This document shows, piece by piece, positions 53,947 to 62,510 of a stretch of DNA of 64,000 bases. The notes below the pieces were generated by a model. That model was not told the DNA's origin, ran no database searches, and saw nothing but the letters and a program-made list of their open reading frames with translations. The stretch spans positions 901-64,900 of the forward strand of contig JACSRQ010000101.1 in assembly GCA_014879675.1 (NCBI GenBank), given 5' to 3'. Source of the stretch: Ignavibacteria bacterium. GTDB taxonomy: Bacteria; Bacteroidota; Ignavibacteria; Tepidaquicellales; OLB5. Position numbers and translations under genes: made by a program. Position 1 is the first letter of the stretch, and every line of letters begins with the position of its first letter.

Positions 53947-54609
53947 TTATAACTTCAAGTGATACACTTCGAATGCTTCTGCGTACTCAACACCAAAAGC
54001 TGCGCCGCGTGCTCTCATTAAACCTTTCATTACTTCTTTTGAAAAATAATAACCGCCGCTTTTTGTAGTTGACCACTGTGACTTATAACTCTGCGCGGCC
54101 TTGATCTTCAGGTTAACCAGATCCAAAGGAAGCTTTACATGCATGTTTGGCATGAAGTCATACCCGCTTCTTATAACTTCGTATCCAAAAATGGTTTTTT
54201 CTCTGAACAAACGGATGACTTCATCTGCGAGAACGATATGATCCTGGTGAATATCATGTATTGGCGGAGTAAACACTACATCAACATCACTTTTTGTTGC
54301 TATGTTGTATAAGATATTCCTTATCCTCGATTTGTGGTCATGAAATATCCTTGTCGGTATATCAAATACTTTACATGGCACTTTATCCAGTCCGAGTATC
54401 TTAAGTGATTTATCTTTCTCCTTCAGGTTACGCATCTTACCATCTTCATACCTATCTGACATTACGAAGATTTTCAGGTTTATATCTTTAAGATATTTTA
54501 AGATAGTTCCGGCGCAGCCTACTTCAAAATCATCAGGATGAGCGCCGAAAACAATCACGTTCTTTTTGAAGTTCTTTTTTTTGCTTGATGAAAGTATGCT
54601 TTCAATCAT
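53947..54609 (-). CDS. PIG-L/LmbE family deacetylase
   Basis: 220 aa with VIVFGAHPDDFEVGCAGT (AHPDD zinc motif) and HQDH. Confidence 0.85.
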   Translation of the reverse strand: MIESILSSSKKKNFKKNVIVFGAHPDDFEVGCAGTILKYLKDINLKIFVMSDRYEDGKMRNLKEKDKSLKILGLDKVPCKVFDIPTRIFHDHKSRIRNILYNIATKSDVDVVFTPPIHDIHQDHIVLADEVIRLFREKTIFGYEVIRSGYDFMPNMHVKLPLDLVNLKIKAAQSYKSQWSTTKSGGYYFSKEVMKGLMRARGAAFGVEYAEAFEVYHLKL

Positions 54610-55799
54610 GTTTTTGGAGTTTTAGGTTTCTTCACTTCAAAAAGCCTTTTAATTATTATCAACATAGATAAATTTGTGTAAAGAATAAACAAAAAGAAGT
54701 ACATGAAGGTCTTAATCCCGACATAATAAAATCCGTTTTTGATCGGCGGATAGTTATTTGAAAATACAGTCAGATAATATGTGAAATTTGTGTAAAATAC
54801 ACTAGCTAATTTTCTTAAAAACTTATTTTTCCATTCCTGCCTGGTAAAAACCACATTCTCGTAGTATTTAAAATAGTCTTTACCTACCAAAGATCGTTTT
54901 GTGAAGAGTATGGAATCCTGGTGAATTTCATCTTCTCTTCTGAATGTATGAATATTACAGATCTCAACGGCATTCAGATAGTCATTCTTTTGCCAATGCA
55001 TGAAGCGAAAACCATATGAAGGGTCAACAACATACCATTTGTGAAACTTGCTTGAATAGATCTCGCAAACAACATGAAGGGGGTAACCGATATTTTCGAA
55101 ATATCCAACCTGGTCTATATCTCCGCCCTGGAGGTTTATTATCCTGCATGGCAAGCCAAATTTATCGCAGATCCTTTGGAATATCATACTGTTTGTTCCG
55201 CATTCAGCAAGTCCAAGTGTATCTATACTATTGTTGAAGTAATCGAATACCTGATTGATAACAGTATCATTATTCAGCAATAGGTCAGTTCCAACAAGTT
55301 TGGAAGGGTCAATTCTGAAATCTGAAGGGTTGGTTGAAGTATAATTCAGGCCATCAATAATTGTTGAACTGTAAAAGATCTGTTTGTAAAATATGTTCTT
55401 ATCTTCCGATTTTGCAGTTACAAGATAGACCGAATCCAGGTAAGGTGAATCTTCGAATTGAAAAAAGAACCTGTTAGTTTTTTCAAAAGTGTTATCAGGA
55501 TACTCGATTTTGAGGGTATCATAATATTCAAAATTGCCGGTTTCATCTTTAAGCCGCAGCCTTTTGTTGCCTTCTATAACAACTTTATTCCCGGAAATCA
55601 ATTTGAGATTGATCCTGCTGATATTATCATATTCTTGAGGGGCAGAATAAATTGTTCCCAATGTGATTATCGGCAAAGTAGTATTGCTCTTCCACAGGAG
55701 GTCAAACACTTTGCTGCTCAGCAATAATAGGACAACAAAAGCTGCTGTTATTACGAGTATTCTCCGGAATGAATATGATTCTAATACGAACTTTATCAA
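54606..55799 (-). CDS. Membrane protein with transglutaminase-like cysteine-protease core
   Basis: 397 aa. TTG start with an aggtga SD. N-terminal TM and C-terminal TM helices. Core: GLAECGTNSMIFQRICDKFGLPCRIINLQG (Cys200), PLHVVCEIY (His242), WYVVDPSYG (Asp259). Confidence 0.6.
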   Translation of the reverse strand: MIKFVLESYSFRRILVITAAFVVLLLLSSKVFDLLWKSNTTLPIITLGTIYSAPQEYDNISRINLKLISGNKVVIEGNKRLRLKDETGNFEYYDTLKIEYPDNTFEKTNRFFFQFEDSPYLDSVYLVTAKSEDKNIFYKQIFYSSTIIDGLNYTSTNPSDFRIDPSKLVGTDLLLNNDTVINQVFDYFNNSIDTLGLAECGTNSMIFQRICDKFGLPCRIINLQGGDIDQVGYFENIGYPLHVVCEIYSSKFHKWYVVDPSYGFRFMHWQKNDYLNAVEICNIHTFRREDEIHQDSILFTKRSLVGKDYFKYYENVVFTRQEWKNKFLRKLASVFYTNFTYYLTVFSNNYPPIKNGFYYVGIKTFMYFFLFILYTNLSMLIIIKRLFEVKKPKTPKT

Positions 55800-55861
55800 T
55801 TATTCACCTATAAAAAAGCAAATTAACTACAAAAACAGTAAGTTAATATATAATAAGTTTT

Positions 55862-57811
55862 CTAAAAGCTATTACCGCGGGAAAACAGGTCAAGGAAAAA
55901 TTTAAGGCTGAGCAGCCGCCAGATCTCCCAGCTGTAATCCTTAGAATTATTAAAGTGTTCGGCAAGGTTCTTTTCAAGTATTGCTGAATCTATGTAATCA
56001 TGAAGAGAGCTGTTTTTTTCGAGCAGGGTGTCAATGATGAATGGTTTAAGAGATGTTTTGCTCCATTTGGAAAATGGTACGGGAAAACCAAGTTTATCTT
56101 TCCTGTTAACTACTTCTGCCGGAAGATACGGCCTGAGTGTTTTCCTGTACAAGGGCCGTGTCACACCCCTGTGTGAAAGGTACTTCGAGCTGAGATTTAC
56201 ACCCAGTTCTACAAGCCTGTAATCCAGAAACGGAACCCTGCTCTCAATTGAATGTGCCATTGAAGATCTATCTTCATAATGAAGAAGTGCAGGTATAGTA
56301 ATGTTCCTGATAAAATGGTAAGATAAATTTCCTAAGTAATTACCGAATTTTTTTTGCGGTTCAATATCAAAAAAGAGAGATTGTTTCGGGATTTCATTCA
56401 AAAGAGCTTTGTTAACTATATCGAATTTTCCGGATAGACGTGATCTTGTTAAGTAACCATATTGCCTGGGGAAAAGCCAGCCTGCAAAAGAATGAATGCC
56501 ATTCTTATTTAAAAACTGTACGAAATTTCCTGATTCACTCAGAAGCGCGCCCAGCCTTCGGTCTTTCAATACACCCCGCAGGTATGCGCCCATTTGGAAG
56601 TAGCCTCCGAATACTTCATCCCCGCCTTGCCCATCGAGCAAAACCTTGACATGTTCTCCGGCTTTTTGCATAACAAACCATTGCGGATAAAGACCCGGCC
56701 CTTCTGTCGGGATTTCCTGAAAATAACAGAGTTTTCTGAATACTGACTCAAACTGGTCTTCAGTGGGATAAGTCTTATGTTCTATACAGCCATATTTTGC
56801 GTTTACTATATTAATATAATAGGATTCATCACATTCTTTTTCTTTCCAAACAGCACTAAAAGTATTCAATCCGCCTTGTTTAATCGCAGAAGAAAGGGAT
56901 ACTATGCTAGATGAATCGAAACCGCCGCTCAGGCAAGTGCCAACCGGAACATCGCTTCTAAACCTCAACTTGATGGAATCAGTAAGAAGATTTATCAACT
57001 TCTCCTGCAGCTCAGTTTCGCTCAGTTTTTTACCTGATTCTGCTTCTATATCGTAGTATCTCTTAACTGATACTTCACTTCCTGATAACACAAGATAGTG
57101 AGAAGAGGGCACTGAGTAGATCTTATCCAGATATGTATCGTGTGAATTCAGACGGTTGCCATATATCAGATAAAATGGAATTTTATGTTTGTTAATATTT
57201 GGCCGCACGGGATAAAGAGATACAAGCGGCTTTATTTCTGATGAGAATGCGAAGAAGCTCCCCGTTTTTGTATAGTATAAAGGTTTGATTCCGAATCTAT
57301 CTCTAGCAAGAAACAATATTTTCTTTGAATTATCCCAAATGGCAAAAGCCCACATTCCGTTGAACTTATTCAGACATTCAGTACCCCAATGTTCATAAGC
57401 CCGGAGGATCACTTCAGTATCACTCGAAGTTCTGAAGGAATAACCAAATGTCAATAGCTCTTCACGTAATTCAGGGTAATTGTAAATTTCCCCGTTGTAT
57501 GTTATCCAGTATCTTCCATTTTCGGAGAACATAGGTCCATGACCATTTTCACTAAGGTCAATAATGGAAAGTCTTCTGTGCCCAAGAATAAGATCCGAAC
57601 CGTCATTTGCTAAATTTGAAATATGAGGGTGATTGTGTTTTACCGTTTCAATACTTGAATCTCCGCTGTATTGTATAAATCTGCCGTTACTGCGGTTTAT
57701 TGCCACGAAGCCCTCATCATCGGGTCCACGGTGTTTGAGCAGAATGTTAAGGTTCTTAATCTTTTTTTGAAGCGAATAATCGGATGTTACGATTCCGTTA
57801 ATCCCGCACAT
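55862..57811 (-). CDS. Asparagine synthase (glutamine-hydrolysing) family amidotransferase, copy 2
   Basis: 649 aa with MCGINGIV (Cys2), HRRLSIIDLS, ITYNGEIYNY and the SGGFDS PP-loop. Confidence 0.85.
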   Translation of the reverse strand: MCGINGIVTSDYSLQKKIKNLNILLKHRGPDDEGFVAINRSNGRFIQYSGDSSIETVKHNHPHISNLANDGSDLILGHRRLSIIDLSENGHGPMFSENGRYWITYNGEIYNYPELREELLTFGYSFRTSSDTEVILRAYEHWGTECLNKFNGMWAFAIWDNSKKILFLARDRFGIKPLYYTKTGSFFAFSSEIKPLVSLYPVRPNINKHKIPFYLIYGNRLNSHDTYLDKIYSVPSSHYLVLSGSEVSVKRYYDIEAESGKKLSETELQEKLINLLTDSIKLRFRSDVPVGTCLSGGFDSSSIVSLSSAIKQGGLNTFSAVWKEKECDESYYINIVNAKYGCIEHKTYPTEDQFESVFRKLCYFQEIPTEGPGLYPQWFVMQKAGEHVKVLLDGQGGDEVFGGYFQMGAYLRGVLKDRRLGALLSESGNFVQFLNKNGIHSFAGWLFPRQYGYLTRSRLSGKFDIVNKALLNEIPKQSLFFDIEPQKKFGNYLGNLSYHFIRNITIPALLHYEDRSSMAHSIESRVPFLDYRLVELGVNLSSKYLSHRGVTRPLYRKTLRPYLPAEVVNRKDKLGFPVPFSKWSKTSLKPFIIDTLLEKNSSLHDYIDSAILEKNLAEHFNNSKDYSWEIWRLLSLKFFLDLFSRGNSF

Positions 57812-57815
57812 CCGT

Positions 57816-58550
57816 TTAGAATAAACCTCCGTTAAGATTTATCGTCTGGCCGGTAATGTACTTCGAGTTTTCTGCGCAAAGATAAGAAATACATTCCACA
57901 ATTTCCAAAGGATTCCCAAACTCTTTGATCGGGATAGTATCTTTTATTTGATTTCTGATATCTTCAGGTATCTGGTAAAGCATGCCTGCATCAAAATATC
58001 CGAGTGAGATCACATTTGCAGTAATGTTGTTCTTTATTACTTCTTTTGAAATTGTTTTACATAGTCCAAACAATCCTGATTTGGATGCTGCATAGGCAGC
58101 GGTACCCGCAACACCTATCTGGGGAACCACTGAGGACATATATACTATCCTTCCGAATTTGTTTTCCTTCATAAGCGGCAGCACATGTTTTGAGCATAAA
58201 AAAGGCCCGGTAAGGTTAACATCAAGTACTCTTGACCAATCTTCGAACTTCAGTTTCCAGCTCATCGCATTTATGGAAACACCCGCATTATTTATCAGCA
58301 GGTCAATAGTTCCGAACTCGCTTTTGACTTCATTTACAAGGTTCGCAACTTCGGCTTCGATTGTTATATTTGCTTTGTAAGTTTTGTATTTGATTCCACT
58401 ATTCTTAATCTCTGCAATTAATGAATCCAGTTTACCCGGATTATCATTACAATGCAGAGCCAGATTAATACCCTTGGCAGCAAGCCCTGAGCTTATGTAT
58501 TTACCCAAGCCGCCCGATGCCCCGATAAGCAAAGCGTTTTTAACTGACAT
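57816..58550 (-). CDS. SDR family oxidoreductase (FabG-like)
   Basis: 244 aa with IGASGGLGKYI, NNAG and YAASKSG motifs. Confidence 0.85.
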   Translation of the reverse strand: MSVKNALLIGASGGLGKYISSGLAAKGINLALHCNDNPGKLDSLIAEIKNSGIKYKTYKANITIEAEVANLVNEVKSEFGTIDLLINNAGVSINAMSWKLKFEDWSRVLDVNLTGPFLCSKHVLPLMKENKFGRIVYMSSVVPQIGVAGTAAYAASKSGLFGLCKTISKEVIKNNITANVISLGYFDAGMLYQIPEDIRNQIKDTIPIKEFGNPLEIVECISYLCAENSKYITGQTINLNGGLF

Positions 58551-59108
58551 TTACTTTCCCGAAAGAACTAATTTGTAAGTTTGATCTCTAACCTTTTCAA
58601 GGTCAGCAATCATAAATAAATCTTCATCATCCCTGATATTTTGTATCTTCCAGCCCATCTTAAGAAACAAAATGATCGATCCGTTGTTGGATTTAGGCCA
58701 GAAACCTTCCTGGTGCGTGAAACCATTATCTAAGCCGGTTTGGCAAAGCTTAATAATATGAAGCTTTGCAAAGTTAAATCCCCTGGTATCTTTTCTTGCG
58801 TAAGTGCAATGATTATGGATTATTTTGTCGTAAACTGATGAGAAATTGAGAAAGCAGATCTCATCTTTATCGTTCACTATTATGAAGCTGTATTTCCATT
58901 TATCAACAAGCGGGTTCAAAAAATAGTCACGGGTTTCTTCTTTCCAGCCGTAAATCGGATAGTGTTCTCTTCTGATCGAATTTACGAATTCTATGATGTC
59001 TTCCATCCTGGAATTCATAACTTCTTCTGATATCAATTCGATCCTGAACCCATTGTAATTCAGACGTGAATCTACAAATTCGTGAAAATTCATGTTTTGT
59101 GGTTCCAT
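58551..59108 (-). CDS. Hypothetical protein, possibly GNAT-fold acyltransferase
   Basis: 185 aa. It directly abuts the SDR gene. TRGFNFAKL and FLKMGWK are reminiscent of GNAT motifs A/B. The assignment is weak. Confidence 0.35.
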   Translation of the reverse strand: MEPQNMNFHEFVDSRLNYNGFRIELISEEVMNSRMEDIIEFVNSIRREHYPIYGWKEETRDYFLNPLVDKWKYSFIIVNDKDEICFLNFSSVYDKIIHNHCTYARKDTRGFNFAKLHIIKLCQTGLDNGFTHQEGFWPKSNNGSIILFLKMGWKIQNIRDDEDLFMIADLEKVRDQTYKLVLSGK

Positions 59109-59142
59109 TTTTGGATTTATTTGAAGAGATGAGTAAGTAATG

Positions 59143-59433
59143 TTATAATGAACCGAAATTTTTCATTAAGACCTGTCGTATCACGTAAGCTACAGATACA
59201 ATAAGTAATGTGTAGAAAACTACAGTAATGAGTGAATATTTGTTTACAGTATATTTTTTGCGGATTCCACGCCAGCCGCACTCCCTGCATTTGTAAAGAT
59301 TTGCAGTTTTTGTAGCTTTAAGAGCTGCTTCCCATATATTTTTGGTGCGGCTTCTTCTTATGGTTCCCAGTTTGCCGCAAGAGAGGCACTTAGAAGTTTC
59401 AGGAAACGTCTTGAAAAATATTTTTAGCTGCAA
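59143..59433 (-). CDS. Small zinc-ribbon protein with C-terminal TM helix
   Basis: 96 aa. The TTG start lies 3 nt after the wzc stop. CLSCG...CRECG (CxxC x29 CxxC), then YSLITVVFYTLLIVSVAYVI. Confidence 0.5.
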   Translation of the reverse strand: MQLKIFFKTFPETSKCLSCGKLGTIRRSRTKNIWEAALKATKTANLYKCRECGWRGIRKKYTVNKYSLITVVFYTLLIVSVAYVIRQVLMKNFGSL

Positions 59434-59436
59434 GTC

Positions 59437-61755
59437 TTAGTTCGGTTTAATTATCTTTTCCTTGGCATTGCCATTTTTCGAAGCCCCGTTAACTGCAGCC
59501 CCGTTAGTTCCGGGTTTATCTTTGCCTTTTTCAGAACCGTAATAGTAATAATAGTACTTATAATAACTTCCGTATGTAGCCTGGTAATCAAAGTTATTCA
59601 GTATCACGCCAATAAATGTATCGTTGATCTTATTTAGTGTATCAATTGTATTTACAAGCAGGTCAAGCCTGGTTTTGCTTGCAAGGCTTACTACTACTGT
59701 GCCATCCACATAAGAAGAGAGCAATTCAGCATCGGTAACCGTTGCCAGCGGCGGTGAATCGATAAGTATGTAATCATACTTTGGCTTCATTTGGTTCAGG
59801 AATGTTTGCATATGCTTTGATGCAATTAACTCCGCCGGGTTGGTTGGAATAGTTCCGCAGGTCATTAAATGCAGATTAGGGAAAGAAGTTTCTCTGACTG
59901 CTTCCTCAAGAGGAACAGTTCCGAAGAGATAGTCGCAAAGTCCCGGGTACCTTTTCAGGTTGAAAATGTTGTGCATCCTTGGTTTCCTGAAATCGCAGTC
60001 AAGCAGAAGAACCCTTGATGATAGTGCAAAGCTTGCTGCCAGGTTTGATGAAATGATCGTTTTACCTTCTCTTGGAATAGAGCTGGTGATCAAAATTGTC
60101 TTAATTGGTTCAGGTTCAAGCTTGGAGAACTGAAGTCTTGTTCTTAGTGTCCTGAACGCTTCTGCCGGCACAGAGTCTGAGTTATATGCTACCACAAGCT
60201 CCTGCTCGGTATGAGTATGCCTGCCGGCTTTTGGTTCACGCATAAATGTTGGTACCCATCCAATAAGTGATATGCCGATGTTCTCCAGGTCTTCAGGTGA
60301 CTTAACAGATACATCAAGTATGTTTCGCAGTAATGCAAATCCATAGCCTAAACCAAGACCAATAAGCAACCCGATAGTAATAATAAGGAACCTGTTTGGT
60401 TTGGAAGGAGCTTTGGGTACCTTGCCATAATCTATGATCTTTACATTGTTTGGCTGTGACTCTTCATTGATAAGCGCTTCCTGGTATTTTTCGAGAAGCA
60501 TTAAATAGATCTTTTCATTTGCAAGGCGTTCGCGTTCAAGATTTGCGTATTCAATGCTTTGAGCAGGCAGTTTATTGAATTTCTCCTGGTACTTACCCAT
60601 ATATGTTTTCAGGAGGCCTTCTTTAATTCTGCTTTGATTATTCGCTACTTTGGTTTCAAAGTATTTGTTTGAAAGGTTTCTGACTTCTTCAGGTGTATTG
60701 GAAGAAGCACCGTCTTTCATTATCTCGAGCTTTTCATTAAGTATTCTTTTAAGCTCGTTAATCTTGCCGTCAATTTCTTTAAGTGATTTGGAGTTCTTTA
60801 CGAGCTCTTCATTTCCTACCTTAGAAAGGTCTCTTTGTATCTCTAGTTTAGCAATTTCACCCTGGATCTCTGAAATATACGGATCAGTTATCCTGCTTTC
60901 GAAATAATCGGTTGCCTTGGGATCGTATTTATCCAGTTCGTTTTTTATATCCGTTAAAGCTTTGTTTGTTGATTGTACATCAATTAATGCCCATTTGTAA
61001 TCGCCTTCAATTCCTGATAAAGAATTGATGATCGAGCTTGCCTGCGTACTGATCTCAACAACATTTTCAGTTCTTAAGAAGTTGGTAAGTTTATCTTCGG
61101 TTTGCAGCAGTGAGTTGTATTTTTCCTGTACTTGTTTTTCAAGGAACTCTCTGTTCAGGGTTAAATGTCCCCTGTTGAATTTAAGCGAATAATCGGCGTA
61201 TGCTTCAGCATAGCAGTTCGAAATGAGAGCAGCTTCCTGGGGCGAAGGGCTCTCAGTCTTGATCATTACGATATCAAGACCCCTTTTTTGCGATATCTCA
61301 GTGTGCTGCTGCAGCAAGCCGGCTATCTGGCCCTTGCTCTTAGGGTCAGCAGGGCTTTCCGGATTAGTTATGAGCAGATAAAACTGCATCTTACCTTTAA
61401 GTACCTGGAACGAATCAAGCAGGGCTGTTGCCGTTTTCTCGCGAATAGCGTATGACTTCAGTATCTCAACTTCGTTGTTAATGTAACGTTCGGGAAGCTC
61501 TCCTTCAACATCTGAAAATATTTTGTTTTCCAGAACATTTTCTTTGGGCTTAGTCAGCCTCATTGATGATGCTGAAGCATAAATATCAACCTGTGAATAT
61601 GCATAAAAATATGAAACTATCAAACCCACTGCAAGGCTCAGCAAAATTGGCACTTTGTTGCGCAGGATAAGATTAAAATAGAATCTAATACTGTGTGAAG
61701 ACTTAATATTAGAATCTATATTGCTGAATGCTTTGCCGTTTGATTGAGAGTCCAT
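59437..61755 (-). CDS. Polysaccharide co-polymerase / tyrosine autokinase (Wzc/GumC-type)
   Basis: 772 aa. Wzz-like N-terminal region with coiled coil. Walker A SSIPREGKT, Walker A' LLLDCDFRKP, Walker B YILIDSPP. C-terminal Tyr cluster YGSYYKYYYYYYG. Confidence 0.9.
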   Translation of the reverse strand: MDSQSNGKAFSNIDSNIKSSHSIRFYFNLILRNKVPILLSLAVGLIVSYFYAYSQVDIYASASSMRLTKPKENVLENKIFSDVEGELPERYINNEVEILKSYAIREKTATALLDSFQVLKGKMQFYLLITNPESPADPKSKGQIAGLLQQHTEISQKRGLDIVMIKTESPSPQEAALISNCYAEAYADYSLKFNRGHLTLNREFLEKQVQEKYNSLLQTEDKLTNFLRTENVVEISTQASSIINSLSGIEGDYKWALIDVQSTNKALTDIKNELDKYDPKATDYFESRITDPYISEIQGEIAKLEIQRDLSKVGNEELVKNSKSLKEIDGKINELKRILNEKLEIMKDGASSNTPEEVRNLSNKYFETKVANNQSRIKEGLLKTYMGKYQEKFNKLPAQSIEYANLERERLANEKIYLMLLEKYQEALINEESQPNNVKIIDYGKVPKAPSKPNRFLIITIGLLIGLGLGYGFALLRNILDVSVKSPEDLENIGISLIGWVPTFMREPKAGRHTHTEQELVVAYNSDSVPAEAFRTLRTRLQFSKLEPEPIKTILITSSIPREGKTIISSNLAASFALSSRVLLLDCDFRKPRMHNIFNLKRYPGLCDYLFGTVPLEEAVRETSFPNLHLMTCGTIPTNPAELIASKHMQTFLNQMKPKYDYILIDSPPLATVTDAELLSSYVDGTVVVSLASKTRLDLLVNTIDTLNKINDTFIGVILNNFDYQATYGSYYKYYYYYYGSEKGKDKPGTNGAAVNGASKNGNAKEKIIKPN

Positions 61756-61758
61756 ATG

Positions 61759-62280
61759 TTAGTTGTTTGTTAGTGTGATAATGAATGTTGCGATCGAAAT
61801 GAGCGTTGTGAAGATCGGGATATACAAAGAAAGATCTTCTCTGAATGTATATCTTTTTTCTTTTAGAATAATTACTACATCGCCTGCTTCTAATACCGGA
61901 TTTGACCGGGGTTTTGTTGATACCTTTTCATCCCAAAGCAGATCGTCATAATCAAGCTTGATCAGTTGTGCCGTTTTTCCCGCTACATTAGAATTCCGTA
62001 TAATTCTAATTTCTTTTAGATTTGATTCGTCAATAGGGCCGCCGGCATAACTCATAAGATCCATGAACGTTGTCTTAATGGGTACACGGTATCTGCCCGG
62101 AAGCCTAACGTAACCCCACAAATTCACTTCTATGTTCACACCAGTTGGATCACTTAGATCGTATAGTGCAGCACTTTTGTTATTTTGAGAATTGCCAAGT
62201 ATCAAATTATCATCGTCATCCTGTGAAAAAGATAAACCAAAAATCAGAAAGAATAGTACAGATCCAAGAAGATATTTCAT
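61759..62280 (-). CDS. Short polysaccharide export protein (Poly_export/SLBB, Wza-like) with C-terminal TM helix
   Basis: 173 aa with a signal peptide. VNLWGYVRLPGRYRVPIKTTFMDLMSYAGG and GDVVIILK are typical of Wza N-terminal/SLBB domains. It ends with the hydrophobic IPIFTTLISIATFIITL. Confidence 0.7.
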   Translation of the reverse strand: MKYLLGSVLFFLIFGLSFSQDDDDNLILGNSQNNKSAALYDLSDPTGVNIEVNLWGYVRLPGRYRVPIKTTFMDLMSYAGGPIDESNLKEIRIIRNSNVAGKTAQLIKLDYDDLLWDEKVSTKPRSNPVLEAGDVVIILKEKRYTFREDLSLYIPIFTTLISIATFIITLTNN

Positions 62281-62496
62281 CAGAAATTATCGCTATTTAA
62301 TGAAAGATTACCAACATTTTTTACAAATACAAGTCCGTATAGCTTTCTCAAAATAATGAAAATTGAGGGATTTTACAAAGCAAATACACTATAATAGCTG
62401 TCAAAACCGCTTGACTTTCCAAACGTGGATTTAATTGCAAATATTGCTCATTTTCAAAGAATTATGAAAAGACTATAAAAAATGGTTGATTCTTTT

Positions 62497-62504
62497 TATA
62501 TTTG
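62497..62504 (+). promoter_or_regulatory. Candidate -7 promoter box (TATATTTG) for fabD
   Basis: Fits TAnnTTTG and lies only 6 nt before the ATG at 62511. A TTG occurs at 62486. Confidence 0.25.
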
Positions 62505-62510
62505 TAGATT

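Noticed and set aside
54606-57811. Lasso-peptide cluster (asparagine-synthetase-like cyclase plus transglutaminase-like protease)
   Set aside because: The pairing is reminiscent of lasso C/B proteins. However, the AsnB homologue keeps the MCG glutaminase nucleophile and full length. The transglutaminase-like protein is a 397-aa membrane protein rather than a small soluble B protein. I found no precursor-peptide ORF or ABC exporter. The context is a nucleotide-sugar pathway.
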